DNA of 64,000 nt from Leptolyngbyaceae cyanobacterium (GCA_965263355.1 CBDHHL010000032.1:2944001-3008000), one strand, 5' to 3'. Counted from the first letter of the stretch, positions 51,715 through 62,189 are shown. Translations and numbers: made by a program. The notes: generated by a model not told the origin, from the sequence alone.

Positions 51715-52593
51715 ATGTCACTGACCGCTGCCCCACCCCAACTCCCCTCACCTAACTTGACCGTTGGGATCGTCGGTTTAGGCTTGATTGGTGGTTGTTT
51801 AGCCATAGATTTAAAGCGATTAGGACATACCGTTTATGGGGTGTCGAGACGAACTGCGACGGTGACTGCAGCAATTGCGCAGGGGATGGTAACCGGGGCT
51901 GGGTGCGATCTGGGGTTGATGGCTCAGGCTGATATTGTCTTTATCTGTACGCCGATGGCCCTGATTTTGCCGACGGTACAACAGCTGGCGGAGTATTTGT
52001 CGGGGGCAACGATTGTGACGGATGTGGGGTCAGTTAAGGGGGAAATTGTGGGAGCAGCAACTGCACTCTGGCCCAATTTTGTTGGCGGGCACCCTATGGC
52101 AGGCAAAGCAGAATCGGGGTTAGCAGCGGCGGAAGCCCACTTATTTCGTGAACGACCCTATGTGGTGACGCCAATTGAAACGACAGAGGCTGCAGCTGTG
52201 GAAAAGGTGGTTGCGATCGCAACCCAACTTGGCTCTCGCGTCTACACAGCAACACCCACTGCCCACGACCATGCTGTAGCGGCTATTTCCCATCTGCCTG
52301 TGATGGTGAGTGCTAGTCTGCTTCATACCTGTTTGCAGACACCTGATGTCCAGGTCAGAACTCTGGCTAAAGAGCTAGCCAGTAGCGGATTTTGTGACAC
52401 CAGCCGTGTTGGCGGCGGTAATCCTGAACTAGGTACCATGATGGCCCAATTCAACCGTTCAGCATTACTGCAATCACTCCAGCAGTATCGTTATCAGCTA
52501 GACACTGTGATTGAGCTGATCGAGTTAGAACAGTGGGATGCATTACACCACAGACTAAGCATTGCTCAGCAGGAACGTCCCAACTATCTCTGA
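51715..52593 (+). CDS. tyrA: prephenate/arogenate dehydrogenase
   Basis: GIVGLGLIGG, TDVGSVK, GGHPMAG, HDHAVAAISHLP. Confidence 0.93.
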   Translation: MSLTAAPPQLPSPNLTVGIVGLGLIGGCLAIDLKRLGHTVYGVSRRTATVTAAIAQGMVTGAGCDLGLMAQADIVFICTPMALILPTVQQLAEYLSGATIVTDVGSVKGEIVGAATALWPNFVGGHPMAGKAESGLAAAEAHLFRERPYVVTPIETTEAAAVEKVVAIATQLGSRVYTATPTAHDHAVAAISHLPVMVSASLLHTCLQTPDVQVRTLAKELASSGFCDTSRVGGGNPELGTMMAQFNRSALLQSLQQYRYQLDTVIELIELEQWDALHHRLSIAQQERPNYL

Positions 52594-52600
52594 AGCTTGT

Positions 52601-54397
52601 TCAGGCAAGTTGTTTGCCTTCTGATTCAGCTACGATCACAGGCTCTTGGTACAAAATCGTGGTGAAGGTCACTGTGGAGCCAAGCCCTTCACCCATACTA
52701 ATAAACTGGACTTTACCCCCCATGGCTTCAATCAGGCGTTGGGAAATGGCTAATCCCAAACCAGTACCACCATATTGACGGGTGCGTTCACCATCCACCT
52801 GGCTAAAGGTTTGAAACAGTCGGTTTTGCTTTTCTAGCGAAACACCGATACCCGTATCCTCAACGCTAATTTTCATATGTCCAGGCCAAACTCGCCCTTG
52901 GAAACGCACACTTTGAAGTTTGACCTCAGCGCTGATGGTGACGCCCCCCTCAGGGGTGAACTTAATGGCATTACCAATCAGATTGAGAAGGACTTGTAAA
53001 ATTCTCTGATAGTTGCCGTATAGTTTGATTTCGTCCAAGGTGGCAGGCATTTTCATATTGAAATATAGCCCTCGCTGTTCTGCCTGGGGACGGGTGAAAT
53101 TCTCCACATCAGAAAAGAGTTCCTGCAGGCTGATAGCCGTCAGGTCGATTTCCATTTTGCCCGCTTCAATCTTGGCGATATCAAGGACGTCATTAATTAG
53201 ATTGAGAAGATGTAAGGCCGATTTATGGGCCTCTTCAATAAATTCTTCCTGTTCTTCTGGATCATCGGCCATGCCATCGAGTACCAGGCGCAGAAAGCCA
53301 ATCATGCCGTTCAGCGGTGTGCGTAATTCGTGGGAGGTATTGGCTAAAAATTCACTTTTGAGTCGAGAGGCCTCTTCTGCATAGCGCCTTGCTTCTTCCA
53401 GTTCATCATTTTTATCGGTAAGTTTTTCGTTAACCTTTTGCAGATCGTCTGCTAGGGTGCGACTGGCCTCAAATAATTTGGCATGGGCAATAGCGGTTCC
53501 CACCTGATCGGTTAGCTCATTCACCAGCTCTATTTCTAGTGGATGCCATGGCCGCTCGGGTGACATTTGCAACAGTAGAACACTGTTGGGCTCATCGCGA
53601 TAGCAGGTGGCGACGGTCAAAACAGTGTAAGGACCAGCATCATTGTCCTCACGTTCAAAATCTGAAAGAACTGGTTTTAAGGTGTTAATGGTGCAGCGAA
53701 AATCTGTCTTCTTTGCTAACTCAAAGGTTTGCCCCAGACATGGCGTCAAATGAGGCTGATGAAACTCAGCCACCACATTGAGGGTCTGCATGGCTACTGA
53801 GTAGTCACAGACCAGACAACGATGCAAATCTAAAAGATTCCCTAAACCATCTACGGTTTGCTGCCAAATAGTTTTTAATTCAAGGGTTTTGCGAATATTA
53901 GAGGCAATGTTGGTTAGTACACCGTGGTAGTTCGAGATATTTGCGAGGAGGCCAGCTTGGGCATTATTGGCGGGCGGTTCAGCGATGATACCCACTGTGC
54001 TTAAGTGCTGGGGCATACTGGCAGTATCATTTACCGTCAGTATGGAGCCTTTTCCTTTGAGATATTGATTACTGGGATCGTTGGGCCATTTCTCTAAACT
54101 GAGGGTGAAGTCCATACCTACTGGGTGGGGGCCACAACGGACAACACATTGAAACTTTTGAGGCTGCCCATCGTTTAAAACTTTTTCAACGCGTTGCATG
54201 TAAGGGGTGGCTGCAACACGACCAAATAGGTTACTAATGGATTCATGTAAATAGTGATCAGGTTCACCTTGGATTGTATGGGGCCAGCTGATAGAAACAA
54301 TCCGACCTTGAGGATCGTGGATTACTTGCAGTGACGATTGGTTAACTGTGGCGGGAACAGCCATAGGCTCAGGGTCAACTATCAATTGCGATCGCAT
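52601..54397 (-). CDS. GAF-domain sensor histidine kinase
   Basis: FLANTSHELRTPLNG, NAIKFT, DTGIG, GGTGLGL; upstream GAF-like region. Confidence 0.92.
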   Translation of the reverse strand: MRSQLIVDPEPMAVPATVNQSSLQVIHDPQGRIVSISWPHTIQGEPDHYLHESISNLFGRVAATPYMQRVEKVLNDGQPQKFQCVVRCGPHPVGMDFTLSLEKWPNDPSNQYLKGKGSILTVNDTASMPQHLSTVGIIAEPPANNAQAGLLANISNYHGVLTNIASNIRKTLELKTIWQQTVDGLGNLLDLHRCLVCDYSVAMQTLNVVAEFHQPHLTPCLGQTFELAKKTDFRCTINTLKPVLSDFEREDNDAGPYTVLTVATCYRDEPNSVLLLQMSPERPWHPLEIELVNELTDQVGTAIAHAKLFEASRTLADDLQKVNEKLTDKNDELEEARRYAEEASRLKSEFLANTSHELRTPLNGMIGFLRLVLDGMADDPEEQEEFIEEAHKSALHLLNLINDVLDIAKIEAGKMEIDLTAISLQELFSDVENFTRPQAEQRGLYFNMKMPATLDEIKLYGNYQRILQVLLNLIGNAIKFTPEGGVTISAEVKLQSVRFQGRVWPGHMKISVEDTGIGVSLEKQNRLFQTFSQVDGERTRQYGGTGLGLAISQRLIEAMGGKVQFISMGEGLGSTVTFTTILYQEPVIVAESEGKQLA

Positions 54398-54845
54398 AGT
54401 TTGTCAGGAATCTCTAGCCCTATACTTAACTGCTTACGAGTTTTCACTGTATAAATCAGAAACTTCTACACTGAGATCGTTCATCAGAAGTGTGACAGAT
54501 CCCAAAACTCTCTGATTGCAAGGTCGTGAACGCTGCAAGTCTGAAGTGTACTTCGACTGATTCAGCTTTGTTTCTTGGTAAGACGTCCTGATTAACCTTT
54601 ATCTTGTCACGAGATTCATCAACGGTCACCCCCTCCAGTGTGCCGCTGATGAATTTATATAGACATAGACAAGCCATAAAAAAATTTGCTTCTTTTGAAT
54701 TAGGGGCTACTAGTTGCCAGCAAATGCTAACTCTGAAAGAGCTGATGATTATTAGCCAGTCTTGCTAAGCATGAACAAAGTATTGGAACAAAGCATTAAG
54801 ATAAGCTAAGCGCTTCTTACTCTCTAGTTTGAGTTTTTTCGTTCT

Positions 54846-56651
54846 ATGACCGACGCACCTGTCTCTAAAATTCGTAATTTTTCGATTATTGCCCATATTG
54901 ATCATGGCAAGTCGACATTGGCTGATCGGTTGCTACAGGACACTAAAACCATCAGTGAACGGGATATGAAAGCTCAGGTGCTTGATACGATGGACCTGGA
55001 ACGGGAGCGGGGTATTACCATTAAGCTTCAGGCAGCTCGGATGAACTATCGGGCTGAGGATAATGAGCAGTATGTGCTGAATCTGATTGATACGCCGGGT
55101 CATGTTGACTTTTCCTATGAGGTTTCCCGTGCTCTGGCTGCTTGTGAAGGAGCGTTGCTGGTCGTCGATGCGTCCCAAGGAGTAGAGGCGCAGACGCTAG
55201 CCAATGTTTATCTAGCGCTGGAAAACGATTTAGAAATTATTCCGGTCCTGAATAAAGTGGATTTGCCTGGGGCAGAGCCAGAGCGAGTCAAGAAGGAAAT
55301 TGAAGATATTGTTGGTTTGGACTGTAGCAATGCTATTTTGGCATCGGCCAAAGAGGGCATTGGTATTCATGAAATTTTGGAAGCGATTGTTGAGACGGTT
55401 CCTGAGCCTGAAGATAATACGGAGAAGCCACTGCGGGCGCTGATTTTTGATAGCTACTACGATAGCTATCGTGGGGTGATTGTTTATTTCCGGGTGGTGG
55501 ATGGGACGTTGAGTCGTCGCGATCGCATTCGTCTGATGGCCTCGGGTAAAGAATACGAAATTGATGAACTTGGTGTACTTGCCCCCCATCAGATCGAAGT
55601 TGAAGAACTCCACGCCGGAGAAGTGGGCTATATTTCAGCTTCGATCAAAGCTGTGGCCGATGCTCGCGTTGGCGACACCATTACCCTGGTGAAAAAGAAA
55701 GCCGAAGAGCCGTTGCCAGGTTATGTAGAAGCCAATCCTATGGTGTTCTGTGGCTTGTTTCCCACCGACTCTGATCGCTACGAAGACCTCCGCGATGCCT
55801 TAGAAAAGTTAACCCTGAGTGATGCTGCTTTGCAGTATGAACCCGAAACTTCCAGTGCTATGGGCTTTGGTTTTCGCTGTGGTTTCTTAGGACTGCTGCA
55901 TATGGAAATTGTGCAGGAGCGGCTGGAGCGGGAATATAACCTGGACCTGATCACCACCGCGCCATCGGTGGTTTATCGCGTGACTACCATTGATGGTGCG
56001 GTGCTAAATATTGATAATCCTTGCGAATTGCCTGAACCCCAAGAGCGAGAAAAAATCGAAGAACCCTACGTCAAAGTAGAAATTTTCACCCCTGAAGAGT
56101 TTGTCGGCACACTGATGGACCTATGTCAGACCCGTCGTGGTGACTTCAAAGATATGAAGTATCTGACCGAAAACCGCACTACGTTGGTGTATGAAATTCC
56201 CTTAGCAGAAGTGGTGACTGACTTCTTTGACCAGATGAAGTCTCGTTCCCGTGGTTACGCCAGTATGGAGTACCAGCTGATTGATTATCGGGTTAACTAT
56301 CTGGTGAAGTTGGATGTGATGATTAACGGCGATAAGGTTGATCCACTGGCAGCCATTGTCCACCGTGACCAGGCCTATTACGTCGGTAAGGCTTTGGCTG
56401 AAAAACTGAAAGAATTGATTCCGAGGCATCAATTTAAGATTCCGATTCAAGCGGCGATTGGTAGTCGGATTATTGCCAGTGCTAGTATTCCAGCCCTGCG
56501 CAAGGACGTATTGTCCAAGTGCTATGGCGGTGACATTTCCCGTAAAAAGAAACTGTTGAAGAAACAGGCCAAAGGTAAGAAGCGCCTGAAGGCCATCGGT
56601 ACAGTCGATGTACCTCAAGAGGCATTTATGGCGGTATTGAAATTGAATTAA
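54846..56651 (+). CDS. lepA: translation elongation factor 4
   Basis: [47 protein letters not shown]. Confidence 0.98.
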   Translation: MTDAPVSKIRNFSIIAHIDHGKSTLADRLLQDTKTISERDMKAQVLDTMDLERERGITIKLQAARMNYRAEDNEQYVLNLIDTPGHVDFSYEVSRALAACEGALLVVDASQGVEAQTLANVYLALENDLEIIPVLNKVDLPGAEPERVKKEIEDIVGLDCSNAILASAKEGIGIHEILEAIVETVPEPEDNTEKPLRALIFDSYYDSYRGVIVYFRVVDGTLSRRDRIRLMASGKEYEIDELGVLAPHQIEVEELHAGEVGYISASIKAVADARVGDTITLVKKKAEEPLPGYVEANPMVFCGLFPTDSDRYEDLRDALEKLTLSDAALQYEPETSSAMGFGFRCGFLGLLHMEIVQERLEREYNLDLITTAPSVVYRVTTIDGAVLNIDNPCELPEPQEREKIEEPYVKVEIFTPEEFVGTLMDLCQTRRGDFKDMKYLTENRTTLVYEIPLAEVVTDFFDQMKSRSRGYASMEYQLIDYRVNYLVKLDVMINGDKVDPLAAIVHRDQAYYVGKALAEKLKELIPRHQFKIPIQAAIGSRIIASASIPALRKDVLSKCYGGDISRKKKLLKKQAKGKKRLKAIGTVDVPQEAFMAVLKLN

Positions 56652-56685
56652 TTGAGTTTAGACAAATAGGAATTATTGTCAGCGT

Positions 56686-56767
56686 CCCCTGAGCGGAGTC
56701 GAAGGGGATGCTGGTTGGGTGTGTTGGCTACTCCGAAGGAGAGCTTCGCGAACGACTTCGCTCAGCC
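56686..56767. repeat. REP-like inverted pair between convergent lepA and polA
   Basis: CTGAGCGGAGTCGAAG (56689-56704) and inverted CGACTTCGCTCAG (56753-56765), with an internal small hairpin CTCCGAAGGAG. Confidence 0.65.
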
Positions 56768-56793
56768 AACGATGCCTCTGGGACGGTTACGAA

Positions 56794-59679
56794 TTATTTG
56801 GCATCCATCCAGTTTTTGCCCGCGTTGATTTCGACTTTTAAGGGTACGGACAGCTTCACAACGGATTCCATAGTTTGGGCGATTTTTTCTTCTAATTCAG
56901 GCCATTCGCTGGGCGGAATCTCGAAAATCAATTCGTCATGCACCTGGAGTAGTAGTCTGGCTTGATATTCCTTAAGCACAGCATGGAGCTGAATCATTGC
57001 AATTTTGATGATATCGGCACTGGAGCCTTGGATGGGAGCATTGGCAGCTGCTCTTAACAAACCCGAATCGTACCCACCTGGCTTGAGCTTCTCCAGCTCA
57101 ATTTCATCTGGAGATTTGCCCTTCAGGGGCTTCAAGCTATTGCTCGAAAAGTTGAAATATCGACGGCGTCCCAGAATGGTTTCCACATAACCATGGGCAA
57201 TGGCTTCCCGCTGCATCTGTTGCAAATAATCAAATACCCGTGAATAGCGCTCATTAAATTTGTCGATAAAGGATTTAGCTTCGGTGCGGCTGACACCCAT
57301 TTCGCGGGCAAAGCGTACGGCACCCATGCCGTAGATAACGCCGAAGTTGATGATTTTGCCCATACGGCGTTCTTCGGTAGAAATGTCTTCTTTGTCTAAT
57401 AGCAACTGAGCGGTCAAACTGTGGACATCATCGCCGTTTCGATAAGCATCAACTAGCACTGATTCACCGCTTAAGTGGGTGAGAATCCGTAGCTCAATTT
57501 GAGAATAATCAGCAGCGGCCAGTAACCAACCTTCTTGGGGTAAGAATGCCTGCCGAATCTGACGACTGAATGCTGTACGTACAGGAATATTTTGTAGGTT
57601 GGGATTAGACGAGGATAAGCGACCGGTGGCGGTAACAGCTTGATTGAAGTCGGTATGGACTCGGCCAGTGTCCTTTCGCACTAACTTAGGTAATGCATCG
57701 ACGTAGGTGGATTTAAGCTTTGAAAGGGTACGGTGGTTGACAATGCAGTCCACGACGGGATGGTCGCCCTGGAGTTTTTCTAGTGTGGCGGCGTCGGTAG
57801 AGTAGCCGGTTTTGGTTTTTCGGGTTTTCTTTTTGTTGAGTCCCAGGGTTTCAAATAGTAAGACGCTGAGTTGTTTGGGGGAACTGAGATTAAACTCTTC
57901 ACCTGCATGGTCGTAGGCTTGGATCTGTAGTTCGTAGAGGTCGGCTTCGAGCTGTTCTGAAAATTGCTTGAGGTAAGGTTCGTCGATACGGATGCCGGTG
58001 GTTTCCATGTCGGCGAGAACGGCTTCAAGGGGAACTTCGATGTCGCGGAAAAGGGTTGCGATCGCATCTACCTGCTTCAGTTCATCTTGCAAAATCGATA
58101 CCAACCGATAGGTGGTATGCACATCCCCACCGCAATAAACTGCCACCTGCTCAATCGAAATATCCGCAATGGTTTTCCCTTTGGGTACTAGGTCGCTATA
58201 ACTTTGCGCCGTCACATTCAAATAGCGCAACGACAACTCCGTTAGATTGTGGCTACTTTCTGGATTCAGCACATAGCTGGCCAGCATGGTATCAAACACC
58301 ACTCCAGCCAACTCAATCCCCTGGCGTTTGAGCACTGCCCGATCATACTTGGCATTTTGTAAGGACTTGGGATAATCAGCACTTGCCAAAATCGGCTTAA
58401 GAGCATTGATCACATCTGCCAAAGGCAATTGATTGCCTGCACCGTGACCCACTGGGATATAGGCTATCTCGTCTGACCCATCACCCCAGCAGCAGCCTAT
58501 TCCTACTAATTCTGCATCCAACGGATCAATCGCAGTGGTTTCCGTATCCCAGGCCACAGGAGTTGTTGCGCAGGTCTCTAGCTTCGTAATAAGCTGCTGT
58601 AACTGTTCAGCGGTGGTAATGATCTGGGGCTGAATATTGACCTCTTCTAATGCATTGGCCGCATCGGTTTCTTCAGCTGTGAAAAAGGCCGTGTCTTCAT
58701 CCTCAACTGGTTTAGAAATCGTCTGTGGTGTGGCGGTTGCATCACCACCAAACGCTTCCTGTAACTTGTTCAAACGATTGATAAAATGCTGAAACTCCAG
58801 GTTTTTGAGTAATGGAATGACCTGGCCCTCATCAAAACCTTCTAATTTGCAATCAGCCAGATCGACGTCTAAATCAATATCGGTGACAATGGTGGCTAAA
58901 AATTTGGACTTTTCCGCATCGTCTTTGCCGGTTTCCAATTTTTTCTTGACGGCACCCTTCATTTCTGGCACAGCAGTATACACACCGTCTAGATCTTGAT
59001 GCTCTGTCAGTAGTTTGACCGCCGTTTTCTTACCAATGCCTTTTACCCCAGGGATATTGTCCGATGTGTCACCACAGAGGGCTTTGTAGTCGATTACTTG
59101 CTTTGGCTTAATGCCTAGTTTTTCTTCAACTTCCTGGATGCCATATTCCTTAGCTAAACCATTGGTACGACCAAAGGTGCTGCCCAGGTGCAGTACCTTA
59201 ATGTGCTCGTTGTCGTCAATTAGCTGGAATAGGTCCTGATCACCACTCAGAATTCTGACTGCATACCCTTCTTGTTCAGCTTTCGTGGCTAGAGTGCCAA
59301 TCACATCATCAGCCTCAAACCCAGGCGCTGTGAGAATGGGTAGCTTAAACCCTGCTAGCAATTCCTTTAGATTCTCGACGTCCTCCAGGAAATCTTCCGG
59401 TGCTTCAGGCCGTCCTTCTTTATAGCTTTCGGCGGCTTTGTGGCGAAAGGTGGGTTCAGCCAGATCAAAGGCAACGGCGGCATAGTCCGGCTTTTCTATT
59501 ACCATCATGTCGCTCATGGATTTGAGAAAGCCAAAGCACACGCTGGTGGGAATGCCGGTGGAGGTGCGGAGTCCGCCGTCGCGACTTTTGGCATGGGCGT
59601 AGTAAGAGCGAAACGCCAGGGAGTGACCGTCGATGATTAGTAGGGTGGGCTTGTCAGAATTCAAAACACAGGTTGTCAA
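56794..59679 (-). CDS. polA: DNA polymerase I
   Basis: IDGHSLAFRSY 5'-3' exonuclease, DTETT 3'-5' exonuclease, TGRLSS, DYSQIELR, QVHDEL. Confidence 0.98.
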   Translation of the reverse strand: MTTCVLNSDKPTLLIIDGHSLAFRSYYAHAKSRDGGLRTSTGIPTSVCFGFLKSMSDMMVIEKPDYAAVAFDLAEPTFRHKAAESYKEGRPEAPEDFLEDVENLKELLAGFKLPILTAPGFEADDVIGTLATKAEQEGYAVRILSGDQDLFQLIDDNEHIKVLHLGSTFGRTNGLAKEYGIQEVEEKLGIKPKQVIDYKALCGDTSDNIPGVKGIGKKTAVKLLTEHQDLDGVYTAVPEMKGAVKKKLETGKDDAEKSKFLATIVTDIDLDVDLADCKLEGFDEGQVIPLLKNLEFQHFINRLNKLQEAFGGDATATPQTISKPVEDEDTAFFTAEETDAANALEEVNIQPQIITTAEQLQQLITKLETCATTPVAWDTETTAIDPLDAELVGIGCCWGDGSDEIAYIPVGHGAGNQLPLADVINALKPILASADYPKSLQNAKYDRAVLKRQGIELAGVVFDTMLASYVLNPESSHNLTELSLRYLNVTAQSYSDLVPKGKTIADISIEQVAVYCGGDVHTTYRLVSILQDELKQVDAIATLFRDIEVPLEAVLADMETTGIRIDEPYLKQFSEQLEADLYELQIQAYDHAGEEFNLSSPKQLSVLLFETLGLNKKKTRKTKTGYSTDAATLEKLQGDHPVVDCIVNHRTLSKLKSTYVDALPKLVRKDTGRVHTDFNQAVTATGRLSSSNPNLQNIPVRTAFSRQIRQAFLPQEGWLLAAADYSQIELRILTHLSGESVLVDAYRNGDDVHSLTAQLLLDKEDISTEERRMGKIINFGVIYGMGAVRFAREMGVSRTEAKSFIDKFNERYSRVFDYLQQMQREAIAHGYVETILGRRRYFNFSSNSLKPLKGKSPDEIELEKLKPGGYDSGLLRAAANAPIQGSSADIIKIAMIQLHAVLKEYQARLLLQVHDELIFEIPPSEWPELEEKIAQTMESVVKLSVPLKVEINAGKNWMDAK

Positions 59680-59853
59680 TGCAGTTTTTTAATTATGGGG
59701 CAGTTTGGCTAGAGGGACACAAATGCTTAAATGCATCTCTAGGAAAGGTCTGAGAAGATGCTCTATTGAGTCTGCAAGGGTTGTGAGGGGCATTCTTTAG
59801 AAACGATTCATCAAAATCGGTGGATACAATAGGCATCAAGCGAAGGTGATTGC

Positions 59854-60273
59854 ATGGGCAACGTTACAGTCGATCTAACAGTTACCAATCACATTGATCA
59901 GATTCTGGCTGAACGTGGTTTTATTGATGCAAGTCAAATCAGGTCGATGTGTTTAATCGACGTCTTAGTCGATACGGGGGCCAGTCGGTTGTGTTTACCT
60001 GCTGACGTGGTGCGAGAGCTAGGGTTACCTTTGCCGGGTGAGGTTGATGCGCGGATTGCTGTGGGCGTTCAGTTTTTGCGTGTATTTAAAGAAGTGGATT
60101 TGGCAGTCTGTAGTCGAACAGGTACTTTCAACTGTGTTGAATTGCCTGAAGGTGAGATGCCGTTGCTTGGCTTAATTCCCTTAGAGGATTTGGGATTACA
60201 GCCAGATTTACAAACGCAGCAAATCAAGGTTTTGCCTCAGACCGGAAAGGATACATATTTGATGGTCTTGTAG
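59854..60273 (+). CDS. clan AA (retroviral-like) aspartic protease
   Basis: LVDTGAS catalytic motif, PLLGLIPLEDL. Confidence 0.85.
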   Translation: MGNVTVDLTVTNHIDQILAERGFIDASQIRSMCLIDVLVDTGASRLCLPADVVRELGLPLPGEVDARIAVGVQFLRVFKEVDLAVCSRTGTFNCVELPEGEMPLLGLIPLEDLGLQPDLQTQQIKVLPQTGKDTYLMVL

Positions 60274-60387
60274 GGAAGAGAAGATTGGGGGCCAGAAGGT
60301 ATGCCAGCAGGTTTACCTGTGCGATATGTACCAGGGCAGGAGAGGGTGATTTTTTCGGCAGATAAGTCGTAATTACGGATTTTTTCG

Positions 60388-60434
60388 GGAGCCAGAGGCT
60401 CTTGGGGGGTGCTCAGCCGGAGGCTGGGCACCAG
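60388..60434 (+). repeat. 47-bp REP-like double hairpin, copy 1
   Basis: GGAGCCAGAGGCTC...GTGCTCAGCCGGAGGCTGGGCAC; 42/47 identical to 61813-61859. Confidence 0.85.
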
Positions 60435-60440
60435 GGATAC

Positions 60441-61733
60441 TCAAAATTTTAGGTAGGCAAATGGAATTTGAGCTTCTGCTGGGGTTAACCCACCATGGGT
60501 GCCGCGCCTTTGTCTTTTATAGTGACCGTTTGGCCCTGCGAAAAAGACCGTATTGCAGTTCTCAGGCAAGATGAGGAGTTGACCGACGATGTTTAAGAAG
60601 TCTTGACTGGGTGATGGGCCGAACAAGCTATCGGCAACGTCTTTAATGCGTAGCACGCGGGCGATGCCTGCCAATCGCTGTTGCAGGAGTGTCAGAGCTT
60701 GCTCGATATACTCGGGTTTTATGTGCAGAAATACGTCTCGACCGGACCCACAGGGAAATAGGGGTTCGCCATTCTGATTGTGGGTCAGCATGGGCATTAG
60801 TTCGGGAATTTCTTCGTCTAAAAAGAAGGTTTTGGTGGAGTCAATGACGACCTGGCCATGGTCGGCGGTTAGGAGGATGGCAAGATCTTGGTGGTGTTCC
60901 AGGTTAGAAAACAATAGATTTTCGAGGGCTGCAAAGATTTCGTTGACTCGTTTCCAGACGATATCTGAGGTGTAACCATGTTGATGGCTGAGGCTATCAA
61001 CGTCCGGAAGGTAGAACCGAATGTATTGCTGGCCAGTGGCTGTATTGAGCACTGTCGTTAAATCTTGTAAGCCTGTTTCCAGTTGTTCATAGCCCTGGCG
61101 TTTCACCATGGGGTTTACGGCTTGGGAGTAGCAGCCATCGACGTACGCTTTGGGTAGATATTCGATCACATCAATGCCTCGCTCCACCAGTTGTTGATGA
61201 AAGGCACTGGGTGGGAAAACGTCCTGTGGTTTAATGCCGGCTTCGAGGAGGGTGTGGCGTTTGGCGTCGTTTTTGCCGCCTGAGTCTTCTACTTTGGAAA
61301 AAAGCAGTGGTGAAATCACTTGATTTAGTGCAGGCCAGACCTGTCGCCATTCAAAGATTTGGGATTGCTGGGGTAGTAAACCGGTATTGAGGCAATGGAC
61401 GTGGGATGTGGTGGTGGATGGGAATAGGGTGCTGAGTTTGGAAACGACGCCCTGCTCCATAAAGCGGGAAATTCCGGGCAGGTTTTCTTGGGCGGCACGG
61501 TGAAATAGGTTCCAGCCGAAGGCGTCGATTAGAAATATAACGACGCTATGGGGTTGGGGATAGGTGTCAGTGCCAAAGGCATCTGTTGGTAGACCTGTTG
61601 GTTTTGGGTCGCCTAATAATTTGCTGATGGTGCCAGGGATTTCGCTAAAGCAGTAGTGGCCGTAGAGGGGGCGTTGGAGGTTGTCTAAGAATGTGGCGGA
61701 GTCTACGGCGTTGATGGATTTTGTGTTTAGCAT
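60441..61733 (-). CDS. alkaline phosphatase superfamily / nucleotide pyrophosphatase-phosphodiesterase
   Basis: LIDAFG, FPSTT, DVDSLSH, TADHG, THGG; ATG 61733 preferred because the upstream ORF extension runs through repeats. Confidence 0.85.
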   Translation of the reverse strand: MLNTKSINAVDSATFLDNLQRPLYGHYCFSEIPGTISKLLGDPKPTGLPTDAFGTDTYPQPHSVVIFLIDAFGWNLFHRAAQENLPGISRFMEQGVVSKLSTLFPSTTTSHVHCLNTGLLPQQSQIFEWRQVWPALNQVISPLLFSKVEDSGGKNDAKRHTLLEAGIKPQDVFPPSAFHQQLVERGIDVIEYLPKAYVDGCYSQAVNPMVKRQGYEQLETGLQDLTTVLNTATGQQYIRFYLPDVDSLSHQHGYTSDIVWKRVNEIFAALENLLFSNLEHHQDLAILLTADHGQVVIDSTKTFFLDEEIPELMPMLTHNQNGEPLFPCGSGRDVFLHIKPEYIEQALTLLQQRLAGIARVLRIKDVADSLFGPSPSQDFLNIVGQLLILPENCNTVFFAGPNGHYKRQRRGTHGGLTPAEAQIPFAYLKF

Positions 61734-61812
61734 TTGCCCTGTGCCTTGGTTGACAGTATGTCTGGTTTCTAGTTTAGAAGTGATTTTTATGGGTGGTTGT
61801 GACTTGGTTGCT

Positions 61813-61883
61813 GGAGCCAGAGGCTCCGGGTGGGTGCTCAGCCAGAGGCTGGGCACTAGATCCGAGCCGGAGGCTCCGGGTGA
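61813..61883 (+). repeat. 47-bp REP-like double hairpin, copy 2, plus partial third unit
   Basis: GGAGCCAGAGGCTCCGGGTGGGTGCTCAGCCAGAGGCTGGGCACTAG followed by GAGCCGGAGGCTCCGGGTG. Confidence 0.85.
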
Positions 61884-62117
61884 ATTTGAGACCTTTGACC
61901 CGATTGAAAGAACCAATGAATTGTTGCGGCTAACCCCAGACCACCACCAGGAAATCCGCTTCACAGGCAAATGGCTGACGAGCAACCCAACCATCGAAGC
62001 GTTCTCCGAATCCAGACTCTGCGAGCGGTAGTTCTTTGAGATGGTTTCTGCGAAGGCTTATCACCAGACTGGTTATTGGTCATGACCAACGATCACGCAA
62101 CGTGCAGGAATATTACA

Positions 62118-62189
62118 TAAACCACGTCCAAGTGAAATCTACAGTTTCCTCTACGGAAAAACTCCAGTTCTGGACGTGGGCAAGGTTTA
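62118..62189 (+). repeat. ~73-bp dispersed hairpin element, copy D
   Basis: TAAACCACGTCCAAG...CTACGGAAAAAC...GTTCTGGACGTGGGCAAGGTTTA. Confidence 0.82.

Noticed and set aside
54456..54800. 73-aa ORF and GAACAAAG duplication upstream of lepA
   Set aside because: No recognisable protein features; the short duplication is compatible with chance or promoter DNA
61734..61994. N-terminal extension of the 517-aa ORF and overlapping ORF 61681-62031
   Set aside because: Both run through the REP-like repeats; phosphodiesterase-like sequence begins near Met 61733
62118..62189. 73-bp element as an integron attC site
   Set aside because: Ends do not fit RYYYAAC/GTTRRRY, copies lie 5' of genes rather than after stop codons, and there is no integrase or cassette array
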